Position numbers and translations under genes: made by a program | In this document: one piece after another, positions 27,191 through 36,412 of the stretch | Position numbering within the stretch: the stretch's first letter is position 1 | Layout of the letters: each line of letters opens with the position of its first letter | Source of the DNA: Candidatus Iainarchaeum sp. | GTDB lineage: Archaea > Iainarchaeota > Iainarchaeia > Iainarchaeales > DTGL01 | Reading direction: 5' to 3' | NCBI GenBank assembly: GCA_026413945.1 | Contig: JAOAJX010000006.1 | Span: 1 to 64,000, forward strand | Length of the DNA stretch: 64,000 bases | The notes under the pieces: model-generated | The model's input: the letters and a program-made list of their open reading frames with translations, nothing else | Told to the model about the DNA's origin: nothing | Databases searched by the model: none

Positions 27191-27727
27191 TTAGCCAGAG
27201 TAGAGATAATAAAGCACTCCAACTAAAATTGGCTCCATGAAAAAAAGGAACAGGGCGAAAAATATTAATGTGCTAATATAAGTTGAAATAAAAAGTGCAA
27301 CTTTTTTATTGAATTTCTTTCCTTCCAAAGCTCTTGCGATAAAGCTAGCCATAAAAACGAATGGCATGGAAAGTAGTGCGAAAAAAATAGATGTGATGAA
27401 AACTTTAAACATTGAGTTAGTCGCAGATAAAAATTTCTCGGAGAGTTCTGGCCTTAGCTCAGCTGGAATTTCACCTAGCTGCTCGCGTGGCAAAGAGATT
27501 ATATAAGGAAAAATATAGGCCAAAGAAACAGCAATAAGCGAGAACAAAAAGGCAACTAGAAGGGCGCTTTGAAACCATGAAATCCTTAATCGCTTCTGGA
27601 GTTTAACCTGAATGTATTTGCCAAAAATAGCCAATAAAAAGAACAAAATTGCGAATGGCAAACTACCCTTTAGCAGATCTAATATAGATAAAAGCAGTGC
27701 TAAGATATTATCAAAAAATCCCGACAT
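27191..27727 (-). CDS. Hypothetical multi-pass membrane protein
   Basis: 178 aa with about four hydrophobic helices; divergent from 27787. Confidence 0.65.
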   Translation of the reverse strand: MSGFFDNILALLLSILDLLKGSLPFAILFFLLAIFGKYIQVKLQKRLRISWFQSALLVAFLFSLIAVSLAYIFPYIISLPREQLGEIPAELRPELSEKFLSATNSMFKVFITSIFFALLSMPFVFMASFIARALEGKKFNKKVALFISTYISTLIFFALFLFFMEPILVGVLYYLYSG

Positions 27728-27786
27728 TTGATTAATTAAAACAAAAACATATATAAATAGGTTTTGCTTTTATATTAAAGGGTAGG

Positions 27787-28467
27787 ATGGACAAAACAGA
27801 ATTTACAACATACCATGTTATTCAACATATAGACTTAAGCTCAATCCCGAGAAGAAAAAGAAGGTTTTTTAGAAATAAAAATCGCATAATAACTGCAGTA
27901 TCTAAGCATATAGCCAACATGCCTGATGTAAGGGAAGCCGAAAAACAGCGCATAATACAAGAGCTTAGGGAAAAGCTTGAACACCTTGCAAAAGAGGAAC
28001 TTATTCTTCTTTCAGAGAGAATATTTGATCAGATGAGCAAAGAAGAAGCAGAAAAGATTGTCGAAAAGAGCATAAGGGAGAAAAGAAAGGGCACTGAGCA
28101 GCTTACGAAAGCAGATATAGAGGAAATAGTCAACAGCATATATGAGCATATAAAAGAATCTAAACGCAACGAGGTTATTGAAAAACAAAAAGAAGAAACA
28201 AATAAGGAAAAAGAATTGAAGAAAGTAAAAGAGCGCTTATCTTCGCTGAAAAAAGAGCCTGAAAAAGAAGTGATGCAACCAAAGCAACGAATTCAGGAAA
28301 GCAAGAATATACCTAGCGATGATGAAATATTGGCTGAACTTAAAAAAAGTTCTTTTGATGACGAGCTAAGTGAAAGTGATCTCTCATTAGGTGATAAAGA
28401 AAAGGATGAATCATTGTTCAGGGAGCTTGAGGAACTTACAAGTGAAGAGAAGAAGAAGAAAAAGTAA
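27787..28467 (+). CDS. Hypothetical charged coiled-coil cytoplasmic protein
   Basis: 226 aa, E/K-rich and helical, no signal peptide or TM; acidic end followed by poly-K. Confidence 0.65.
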   Translation: MDKTEFTTYHVIQHIDLSSIPRRKRRFFRNKNRIITAVSKHIANMPDVREAEKQRIIQELREKLEHLAKEELILLSERIFDQMSKEEAEKIVEKSIREKRKGTEQLTKADIEEIVNSIYEHIKESKRNEVIEKQKEETNKEKELKKVKERLSSLKKEPEKEVMQPKQRIQESKNIPSDDEILAELKKSSFDDELSESDLSLGDKEKDESLFRELEELTSEEKKKKK

Positions 28468-28470
28468 TTG

Positions 28471-29229
28471 TTAAATATCATTTATTCTTGTACAATTAAG
28501 GCTGTTTGGACCTATTAAGCTCTCATTTTCTACTCCAGGTAGCATTCCTGCTGAATGCCACATTATAAGGCCGGTGAATATGACTACGCTCTTACTTTCT
28601 CTACCGCTGTAAGAAGGAACAAAGCGCTTGAAAAGAAGCGTAATAACCCTTGTGCTTGTGGAATTTGGTGCATGTTTGAGAACAAGGTTTAAGGCGCGAT
28701 TAAGCTTTAATTTTGGCTCGCAAAAGTATTCCAAGCGCTCTACGTTTTGTGGCCCCTTTATATCGTTTATTTTCATATAGACAAAAACAAAGCGATCTGT
28801 TTGATTTCCAGTTGGATTTCCTGTTGGTTCAGGTGCATAATCTGCTGGGGTCCAAAAATATAAGATATAGTCATAGTTTACTGCTCTCGGGGACATTATT
28901 TTGTCAAGGACCCTCTTTGCAAGAATTTTTGTATCATTTGCTATTGTTCCTGTGTTTGCATAATCCTCTTTCATCTTTGTGAGAAGCCAATCAACCTCAT
29001 CTGCTGTTTCTAACTCGTCTGATGTGAAACGCGGTATGCTTGAATTAAGCATTGCACGCAATGCAGAAGATGCATAATCTTCATTGAAGTACTTATGAAT
29101 GTTTATTTCAACGCCACGGCCGTACGAAAACGAAATATAAGCCATTCCAGCAGCAAGTGTCGCAACAATTACTAGCATAAAAAGTGCATCTGTTATTGAA
29201 GCCTGTGCCTTTTCACATTTCATTCCCAT
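28471..29229 (-). CDS. Class III signal peptide (pilin-like) protein
   Basis: N-terminus ..EKAQASITDALFMLVIVATLAAGM (basic-A-Q then hydrophobic helix); last gene of an overlapping minus-strand operon; alternative start 29223. Confidence 0.65.
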   Translation of the reverse strand: MGMKCEKAQASITDALFMLVIVATLAAGMAYISFSYGRGVEINIHKYFNEDYASSALRAMLNSSIPRFTSDELETADEVDWLLTKMKEDYANTGTIANDTKILAKRVLDKIMSPRAVNYDYILYFWTPADYAPEPTGNPTGNQTDRFVFVYMKINDIKGPQNVERLEYFCEPKLKLNRALNLVLKHAPNSTSTRVITLLFKRFVPSYSGRESKSVVIFTGLIMWHSAGMLPGVENESLIGPNSLNCTRINDI

Positions 29230-29723
29230 ACCACCACTACCAAAAGCATTGGTTTTGTTATTGGTTTTCTCAGCGCACTATTATCTTTATAAGATACAGG
29301 CACCATGTGGACTATAACACGGCTGTTTAGCTTAAGCTTTTGTTCTATCTCAAGTGGGCAAGAAAAAAAGTTACCGTCTTGTGAAAATATTCTTTTACCT
29401 TCGTTCACGAAAGCATATATATCTATGTGCTCAAATGGTTGATTAAGGTCTACAATACCAGCCCTAAAATTATAGCCACGAGGATTAAGGCCATAGCAGA
29501 TACTCTCAAATTCAGCATAATCATCTATTTCACGATCACTCTTAAGAAAGCTGGCAATGCTCATTGCATTAGAAGTTAAGCTAAAATTGGCAGATGTTTG
29601 CCTGTATATTGTATGGGCGCTATAGAAAGATGCAAAGAAAATAAGCAATGCAAATATCAGTGGAACCAGGCTTGGTAGGTCATCACCAATTGGACCAATA
29701 TAGCCAGCAGCTCTTTTAAACAA
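29220..29723 (-). CDS. Pilin-like protein (atypical class III signal)
   Basis: MFKRAAGYIGPIGDDLPSLVPLIFALLIFFASF; single N-terminal helix, C-terminal beta strand LLVVVVW; in the operon. Confidence 0.6.
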   Translation of the reverse strand: MFKRAAGYIGPIGDDLPSLVPLIFALLIFFASFYSAHTIYRQTSANFSLTSNAMSIASFLKSDREIDDYAEFESICYGLNPRGYNFRAGIVDLNQPFEHIDIYAFVNEGKRIFSQDGNFFSCPLEIEQKLKLNSRVIVHMVPVSYKDNSALRKPITKPMLLVVVVWE

Positions 29724-30404
29724 TTAAACCCCCCAGCATGTTGGAGCATCCCTGCTTATGCAGTCAGCAATGTTAACATTGAAGCAGTTGCTCAAATCTT
29801 TTCTTTTCCTGTACAAGTAGCAGCCGACTAACTGTTTGTTTTGCTCGCAAATGCCTTTGGCAGTAGTTGAACACGGTATCAGATAAAGATATGGTTTGCC
29901 CTTATAAATCTCATGAACCACAGTAAGTTGATCCATCGTTATTGGTGCAGATCTAACATCAAGCACTGTTCTTTCTGTAGGACACAAAAGCGCTTCCTTT
30001 TGGTCATATGAAAATATTTGTATATCTGAGTTTAGGTCAAGCTGCGAAGAGCTCACTACTGTTGGATTACCACGCTTCTTTAGGTAATCGTTGCGTTCAA
30101 TAATTGCAATTATAAGGTGCTGTTTGCCTGAAGTTAAAGATGTCTCTTTTCTCAATTCTACTACATAATAAAAGTCCATAAGGTTGTAAAAAGAGTACTT
30201 CCGTCTAAAAGCAATCTCTTGTGAATCGCAAAGGGCTTTTTGGCTCACCACACGAGAGATTGTTTCGGCAGAGCTGCTTGCAATATTTTTAGAGATGTCA
30301 TAAAGCAACGTTGACCTAAATGAAAACGCAAATCCAACAATTATTGCAAATAAGGCAATTGCAAGTATTAAAAGATTGATTTTGCTCAGCGTAAATTCCA
30401 TCAT
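29724..30404 (-). CDS. Pilin-like/N-terminally anchored protein with Cys-rich C-terminus
   Basis: MMEFTLSKINLLILAIALFAIIVGF followed by an amphipathic helix and a globular domain; in the operon. Confidence 0.6.
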   Translation of the reverse strand: MMEFTLSKINLLILAIALFAIIVGFAFSFRSTLLYDISKNIASSSAETISRVVSQKALCDSQEIAFRRKYSFYNLMDFYYVVELRKETSLTSGKQHLIIAIIERNDYLKKRGNPTVVSSSQLDLNSDIQIFSYDQKEALLCPTERTVLDVRSAPITMDQLTVVHEIYKGKPYLYLIPCSTTAKGICEQNKQLVGCYLYRKRKDLSNCFNVNIADCISRDAPTCWGV

Positions 30405-30408
30405 AAAA

Positions 30409-30960
30409 TCACTTTTTGTAATATGCGCAAACTATTGGAAATGTCTGCCTCGGGGGTGTTTCGTTGACCAAATCATAGTGACCTATTGGCATGTTATCGC
30501 GAAGATCTATTAGCGTGTAACCTTCGGAAGACCTGTCTGGACAATTATCAAGCGTTGTTGGGAAGTAAACCTGCACTGCAGTTTTAAGGCAAAATCGCTC
30601 AACAAAATCTTTGCTGTCAAACAAAATGAAAAGGCATGCAGGAGTTGCTATATCACATGCGGAAGCACATATTACTTCATCAGTTGTAGAGACAACTTTT
30701 ATCCTCTGGTTTCTATAGCACGATGGTGGGTTAAAGTAAAGCTTTGACCGGCTTCTTAATTCAGAGACGTTTTCAAGCTCAGAGCGAAATTTTTCAATGC
30801 TTGCCCTTAAGCGATTTTTGCAATCCTGATTAAGCATATCGCTCATTACCATAAAACCAATGTAGAGGACGAAACCCATTATTATCACAGCAATTAAAAC
30901 CTCAAAAGGCGCAGATTCTTGCGCCTTTTCATGCATTCTGCTTTTAACCGTAGATATCAT
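30409..30960 (-). CDS. Class III signal peptide (pilin-like) protein
   Basis: True start probably ATG 30960 (ATGA overlap with the stop of the 55-aa gene), not 31128. MISTVKSRMHEKAQESAPFEVLIAVIIMGFVLYIG; Cys-rich globular domain. Confidence 0.7.
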   Translation of the reverse strand: MISTVKSRMHEKAQESAPFEVLIAVIIMGFVLYIGFMVMSDMLNQDCKNRLRASIEKFRSELENVSELRSRSKLYFNPPSCYRNQRIKVVSTTDEVICASACDIATPACLFILFDSKDFVERFCLKTAVQVYFPTTLDNCPDRSSEGYTLIDLRDNMPIGHYDLVNETPPRQTFPIVCAYYKK

Positions 30961-31124
30961 GAAGTCACACTCTTTGTTGTTTTTGTCACTATCTTTTGGG
31001 TATTTTGGTACATTGGTTTTATAATATATATAATGAGAAGCGCAACAATTGCAAACACAAGGATTAAGTAAACTGCAGACCAATCGCCTTGGGCCTTTTC
31101 TTCTGGCAAGATGCCTTTTTTCAA
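30957..31124 (-). CDS. Small (55 aa) Flp-like class III pilin, not in the ORF track
   Basis: TTG start after GGTGGTGTGA: MKKGILPEEKAQGDWSAVYLILVFAIVALLIIYIIKPMYQNTQKIVTKTTKSVTS*; first gene behind a BRE-TATA. Confidence 0.8.
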   Translation of the reverse strand: MKKGILPEEKAQGDWSAVYLILVFAIVALLIIYIIKPMYQNTQKIVTKTTKSVTS

Positions 31125-31157
31125 TCACACCACCATTAAATTAGAATATGCTTTGGA

Positions 31158-31173
31158 CTATATAAAGTTTTTC
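31158..31173 (-). promoter_or_regulatory. BRE-TATA promoter of the minus-strand pilin-like operon
   Basis: The minus strand reads GAAAAACTTTATATAG about 35 nt upstream of TTG 31124, in the divergent intergenic region. Confidence 0.65.
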
Positions 31174-31234
31174 AATTTAGTTAAATTTAATAATAAGTTA
31201 AAATATCAATCCTAAAGAAGAGGCGTGAATTAAA

Positions 31235-33514
31235 ATGAAGATTGGCGGTTTTAAAGTAGGGGAATATGCATTTAAGGAAGAGGGCAAAAAAAAGCATCTT
31301 GTATTTGATTGTGCCTCATGTGTTTATCATGCATCAATATCCGATGACCGCGTTTGCATGTATCATGTGCTTTATGCACTCAATGAGATAGATGCAGATG
31401 TAATTGTACTTTCCGAGGTTTATGAGAGGATATATGATGAAAAGCAAACCCTTATTTTGAAAGAAATTGTAAAGCTTATTCAAAAGTTCTCGATGGAGGC
31501 GCCTTGGTCATACAATAACCTTGTCAATCCGCAATACCTTAAGGATGAAGGCGTTGTAAGTGCAAGACATAAAATGATTGTAACTATAACTCATGACCTA
31601 ATAGCATATGATCCACTCGGTGCCTACTTTGCATGTCTGCGTGAAATTAACAGGGAAAAGGAAACGTTCTCTAGCAGCGGCCCTGATTACAAAGCAGGTT
31701 CTGCTATTTACCTCAAGACACTGCTTTACATTAAAAGTGCATTTGAGGAATGCGAACTAATAAAGCAGACAAAGAAGTTTTTAACTGAGCTCAAGGAGAT
31801 GCCTGAATTTAAGGAAATTTATAGGGCTTTGTTTGAAGCGCAAATAAAGCCGGCCTTTATCGGATCGCGTCTTGTTTTTAGAGAAGAAGAAGGCATGGAG
31901 CTTCTCGATGAGTATTTGGTTAAGAATAGCACAGTCCAGATATTTAGCCATCCAAACCAGACACAAAATCTTTACTTCATAAATCCCCCCGAATATACTT
32001 TGAGCCCAGAAAAATATTTCGTACTTAGCAAGGCAAAAGAGATTGTCTCTGGCTATACGCCGGGCAAGGCATCACTGAGCACAGTTGCAAAATCGAGGGA
32101 GTATTTTGAGCGTTTATATAGAAGCACTATAATGGAAATAGCACAACAGCATAACATCTCGCTAAACAAAAAAGAAATTGTTGAACTCAGCGAAATTGTT
32201 GCAAGATACAGCGTTGGTTATGGCATACTTGAAATACTTCTAAGCGACAGGAAGCTCACAGACATCTACCTTGACTCCCCAATAGGCCAGACGCCGCTCT
32301 ATGTTATGCACTCTGATTTTGATCAGTGCCTTACAAATGTCCTTTATACAGAAAGGGAAGCATCTGCGCTTATCACAAAGCTCAGAGCTATGAGCGCAAG
32401 GCCTTTTGATGAAGTACATCCAGTGCTTGATTTTGACCTACCTGAGCTCGAGACTAGGGTAGCAGCTATAGGACCGCCACTTGCACCAGATGGCGTTGCT
32501 TTTGCATTCCGCCTACATAAAATAACGCCTTGGACATTGCCTCAATTCATAGATGTAAAATACCTAAATCCTTTGGCTGCTGGATTTATTTCATTCTTAA
32601 TAGATAATCAAGCAACAATGCTTGTAACTGGTTCAAGAGGCTCTGGCAAGACATCTTTGCTTAGTGCATGCATCCTTGAAATTCCTAAGAACACAAGGAT
32701 TATTGTGCAAGAGGACACGCTTGAAATACCCGTAGAATACATGAAAAAAGTTGGTTTTAACATACAGCGCCTAAAAACAAGATCGCCCATAAGTGTGTCA
32801 AAAACTGAAGTTGAGGTTGAACCAGAGGAAGCGCTTAGGACTGCCCTGCGCTTGGGCAACAGCGCGCTTGTCATAGGAGAGGTGCGTTCAAAAGAAGCAA
32901 GAACATTATACGAAGCGATGCGCATAGGTGCCGCAGGCAATGTTGTAATTGGCACAATACATGCTGACTCAGCCTATGCTGTTTGGGATCGTGTTGTTAA
33001 TGACCTTGAAGTTCCCACCACTTCTTTCAAGGCAACAGATATAGTTGTTACGGCACGCCCAATAAGGTTTTATGGCTCATTAAAAAGTAACAGACGGGTT
33101 GTTGAGATAACAGAAATAAGGAAGCATTGGATTGAGGAACCTGCAAGAGAAGGCGGCCTTTTAGATCTGATGAGATATTCTGCAAAAGAAGATAATCTTG
33201 AGCTTTTGGAGGACAATCTTAAAGAGTCTGAGCTTTTTGATAAAATCTCGAGAATATCTGGACAAACCCTTGAAGAGATGTGGAAAGATATAAGAATGCG
33301 TGCAGAGTCAAAGCGCTACCTAGTAGAAATGAAAAACAAGCATGATATACCTGAGTTATTAGAAGCTGACACTGCATCAATGGCAAATGACAAGCTTATG
33401 CTTCTGAGGGAAAAACAAATCAGAGAGTTTGGCAAAGTAAACTATGATGAAATTCTTGAGCAGTGGAAGAAATGGCTAAATGATAAAATAATACCAAGGC
33501 TTATAAAGAAATGA
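31235..33514 (+). CDS. Type II/IV secretion (type IV pilus assembly) ATPase, long archaeal form
   Basis: Walker A TGSRGSGKTS, QEDTLEI, ALRLGNSALVIGEVRS, GTIHADS, GYGILEILLSD; N-terminal CASC..C motif. Confidence 0.92.
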   Translation: MKIGGFKVGEYAFKEEGKKKHLVFDCASCVYHASISDDRVCMYHVLYALNEIDADVIVLSEVYERIYDEKQTLILKEIVKLIQKFSMEAPWSYNNLVNPQYLKDEGVVSARHKMIVTITHDLIAYDPLGAYFACLREINREKETFSSSGPDYKAGSAIYLKTLLYIKSAFEECELIKQTKKFLTELKEMPEFKEIYRALFEAQIKPAFIGSRLVFREEEGMELLDEYLVKNSTVQIFSHPNQTQNLYFINPPEYTLSPEKYFVLSKAKEIVSGYTPGKASLSTVAKSREYFERLYRSTIMEIAQQHNISLNKKEIVELSEIVARYSVGYGILEILLSDRKLTDIYLDSPIGQTPLYVMHSDFDQCLTNVLYTEREASALITKLRAMSARPFDEVHPVLDFDLPELETRVAAIGPPLAPDGVAFAFRLHKITPWTLPQFIDVKYLNPLAAGFISFLIDNQATMLVTGSRGSGKTSLLSACILEIPKNTRIIVQEDTLEIPVEYMKKVGFNIQRLKTRSPISVSKTEVEVEPEEALRTALRLGNSALVIGEVRSKEARTLYEAMRIGAAGNVVIGTIHADSAYAVWDRVVNDLEVPTTSFKATDIVVTARPIRFYGSLKSNRRVVEITEIRKHWIEEPAREGGLLDLMRYSAKEDNLELLEDNLKESELFDKISRISGQTLEEMWKDIRMRAESKRYLVEMKNKHDIPELLEADTASMANDKLMLLREKQIREFGKVNYDEILEQWKKWLNDKIIPRLIKK

Positions 33515-33526
33515 AGTCGTGGTTAT

Positions 33527-35884
33527 ATGCCTGAAAGAGCGAAAAAAAGCACTGGTTACACAATAGGTCAGCTTTACAAAGGCATTGTTGTAGAGCGCGG
33601 CTTACCTGAAGAAGGTGAAAGCAAGCTGATGAAAAAAAAGATGCCAAGGTATGTGCGGTTCTGCAAGAGAGTTGCAAGAATGGTGCCTGCGATGGGCGGG
33701 CAGAAAAAATTTCCAGAGGAGCACAACAATGCAATTGAATTTCTTGGCTGGGATCTTAGACCAGAAGAGTTTTCAGCAGCAGTCAACTTCATTGCACTAA
33801 TTCTTGTTTTTTTAGCTTTCGCTATTTGGCTTGTAGTTGTATCTAGCCCAATTGCCAAAGCGCTTTCGACAGTGCCTTACAGTGCGTATGCATTGCTTGC
33901 TATGCTTGTGGTTGCCGCACTTTCAGTAGCAAATTATATTTACCGTTATCCAATATCAGCTGCACAGGCAGAACAGAAAAAAGCCCTTGGGTATATACCT
34001 GAGATTGTAGGTTACATGATAATGTCAATGAAGTTAACACCAAATCTTGAAAAAGCGGTTGAGTTTTCTGCAGACCACGGAAGGGGCAAAATAGCTGAAG
34101 AGTTTAAGAAGCTCACATGGGATATAAGCACTGGAATATATACAACCATAACTGAGGGGCTTGACAGAGTTGCATACAGATGGGGCTCTTATGCGCCGGA
34201 ATTCAAGCGTGCACTAGTTAGGATAAGGGCATCAGTGCTTGAGGACACTGAAGCAAAAAGGGATGCGGTGCTAAACAAAACCATGGATGAGCTTCTTGCC
34301 ACCATTAAAGAAAAAATGGATGCTTATGCAAGAAGCTTAAGGCAGCCTGCTGTTGTGCTTTTTTTTGTGGGTGTGCTTTTGCCACTTATCCTCATGATAA
34401 TACTGCCTATTGGTTCAGTATTCAGCGGCTTGCCACTTGCAAATCCTCTCGTAATAATTGCTTTGTACAATGTAGCAATACCTCTTGGGTTGATTTATTT
34501 TTCATTAGGGATTTTAAAGCAGCGACCGCCTACACAAGAAGCACCAGAGATACCCGATGATTATCCAGGATTACCACCAAAAAATAAAATTAGGTTTGGA
34601 AATAATTATATTGACATCTTCTTGTTGGTTGGAATTGTTGCTTTTATTGGCATAATTGCTTCTTATTATTTTCATCAGGAAGGCTTTCCCCCAAAAAGCA
34701 TGCTTAGGTCAGAGTATGGCGAAAAACCTTCTCAAATTATAAGAGCTGACCGCACTGAAAAAGAGGTACTTGAAAGAAGTGGTTACCCAGAAGATTATTT
34801 TGATATACCTAATGGTGTGCTTTATAAGCAATATTTGAGCAGTTATTCAGAAAGTAGTAGCGCTGACATAGAGAAAAAGGCAGAAAATAAGGTTTTATTT
34901 GAAAAAAAAATATTCTTTATGACAAAAGAAAATGATATAACGCCCTACAATCTCTGGTTTGGGCTTATATTAACTTTTTCCATCTGTCTTTTCATCGTTT
35001 TATATTATCCGGCGAAATACAAAAGAAAGATACAGCTTGAAATATCAGCCATGGAAAGCGAATTTAAAGATGCACTTTATATTATGGCTTCACGTCTCGG
35101 AGAAAACAGGCCAATGGAAGAAGTGCTCAAGCAAACTATTGATTTTTTACCTAACGCAGTAATAAGCAAACAAGTGTTTTCAAAAACAATTGATAACATC
35201 ACTCTTCTTGGAATGCCTTTGGACAGCGCTGTTTTTGATCAAAAGTTTGGCTCTGTTGCAAGGATACCCTCTGAAGTTATAAAAACCGGGATGCGCCTTG
35301 TAGTAGATGCTTCAACCTTGGGCACGAGTATTGCTGCAAGAACATTGGCATCTTTGTCTATACAGCTTGATAACACTGAAAAGGTTGCAAAAGCGCTGAA
35401 GGAAATGATTGATGAGATAACAGTAACAATGCGCACCATGGCAGTAATAATAGCCCCTGTTGTCTTGGGCATAACAACGGCACTTTTCAAGATAGTTGTG
35501 CTTACGATGGCTAGCATATCACAAAGCTTAGAAGGAAGCAGCTTAGGTGGACTATCTGGAAACATACCAACTGTGGGGACAAGTGGAAGATATGGAAACC
35601 TTGGTGCTTTAACTGAATCATTTGCAAAGGTAAGTGTAAGCAGCTTTGTAAAACCGGAAGCACTAGCACATATTGCTGATCCGCTGCAATTCATCATCAT
35701 AAGCGGAATATATGTATTTCAAATTGTTGCTATAATCCTATACTTTGTAACAATGCTTGAAGAGCGAAATAAGCTTCTTCTCAGACTGAACATCGCAAAG
35801 TATCTTCCACTTGCTTTGGCAATATACATTGCGACAGTCATGGGCACCAACGTGCTTCTTGAAACGATGACAAGCGGAGTGTAA
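33527..35884 (+). CDS. TadC/ArlJ-like membrane platform protein with two T2SSF domains
   Basis: Follows the ATPase; MKLTPNLEKAVEF..GKIAEEFKKL, a second domain EFKDALYIMASRLGENRPMEE, APVVLGIT; many TMs. Confidence 0.82.
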   Translation: MPERAKKSTGYTIGQLYKGIVVERGLPEEGESKLMKKKMPRYVRFCKRVARMVPAMGGQKKFPEEHNNAIEFLGWDLRPEEFSAAVNFIALILVFLAFAIWLVVVSSPIAKALSTVPYSAYALLAMLVVAALSVANYIYRYPISAAQAEQKKALGYIPEIVGYMIMSMKLTPNLEKAVEFSADHGRGKIAEEFKKLTWDISTGIYTTITEGLDRVAYRWGSYAPEFKRALVRIRASVLEDTEAKRDAVLNKTMDELLATIKEKMDAYARSLRQPAVVLFFVGVLLPLILMIILPIGSVFSGLPLANPLVIIALYNVAIPLGLIYFSLGILKQRPPTQEAPEIPDDYPGLPPKNKIRFGNNYIDIFLLVGIVAFIGIIASYYFHQEGFPPKSMLRSEYGEKPSQIIRADRTEKEVLERSGYPEDYFDIPNGVLYKQYLSSYSESSSADIEKKAENKVLFEKKIFFMTKENDITPYNLWFGLILTFSICLFIVLYYPAKYKRKIQLEISAMESEFKDALYIMASRLGENRPMEEVLKQTIDFLPNAVISKQVFSKTIDNITLLGMPLDSAVFDQKFGSVARIPSEVIKTGMRLVVDASTLGTSIAARTLASLSIQLDNTEKVAKALKEMIDEITVTMRTMAVIIAPVVLGITTALFKIVVLTMASISQSLEGSSLGGLSGNIPTVGTSGRYGNLGALTESFAKVSVSSFVKPEALAHIADPLQFIIISGIYVFQIVAIILYFVTMLEERNKLLLRLNIAKYLPLALAIYIATVMGTNVLLETMTSGV

Positions 35885-35889
35885 CTGCA

Positions 35890-36336
35890 ATGATGAACAA
35901 AGGTTATTTTTGGCCTTTTAGGTTGTTGATTGCAACAATATTTGCGCTTGCGATGCTCACAATAATAATTTCTGCTTTGGAGTACTTCAAAAATGTGGAA
36001 AGATCAACAAGCTACGAGAGGTTTGAAAACGGCTTCAAAAATGCGCTATATGCTGCAAGCAGCGATCCAAGTTATGGCTTGGCAAAAGAGAAAAACATCA
36101 CAATTGTTGGAATAATAACAGCAGGCCAATTTTCAGAAAAATACAAAATACCCTCAGAATGCATAGAGTTTCAGGCAATAAGCGGCATGCTAATAAAGCT
36201 CTCAGAAAACAAGCGAAGGGTTATCATTGAGAAGGAAATAACGATTGATGTTTATTTCCATTGCATACGATACAACGTTGGAGAATGCGAAATAAAATGC
36301 TACATATCCTTTGGCAAAGCGCCAAAAATTGGTTAA
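35890..36336 (+). CDS. Class III signal peptide (pilin-like) protein
   Basis: MMNKG-YFWPFRLLIATIFALAMLTIII; globular part resembles 36413 (IPSECIEF vs LEKEQICL). Confidence 0.68.
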   Translation: MMNKGYFWPFRLLIATIFALAMLTIIISALEYFKNVERSTSYERFENGFKNALYAASSDPSYGLAKEKNITIVGIITAGQFSEKYKIPSECIEFQAISGMLIKLSENKRRVIIEKEITIDVYFHCIRYNVGECEIKCYISFGKAPKIG

Positions 36337-36354
36337 AGGTTACATTGGCTATAC

Positions 36355-36410
36355 AAAAGGTTTAAATATAAGAAATAGTATTCTTATGAAATATAACTCG
36401 TGAGGTGAGG
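36355..36410 (+). promoter_or_regulatory. BRE-TATA promoter and strong RBS for the 36413 gene
   Basis: AAAAGGTTTAAATA at 36355-36368 and GAGGTGAGG at about 36402-36410. Confidence 0.6.
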
Positions 36411-36412
36411 AT

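Noticed and set aside
30961-31128. N-terminal Cys-rich extension (MIEKRHLARR..CVCNCC..) of track ORF 30409..31128
   Set aside because: It is the off-frame reading of the 55-aa pilin gene; the RBS, ATGA coupling and signal position favour a start at 30960.
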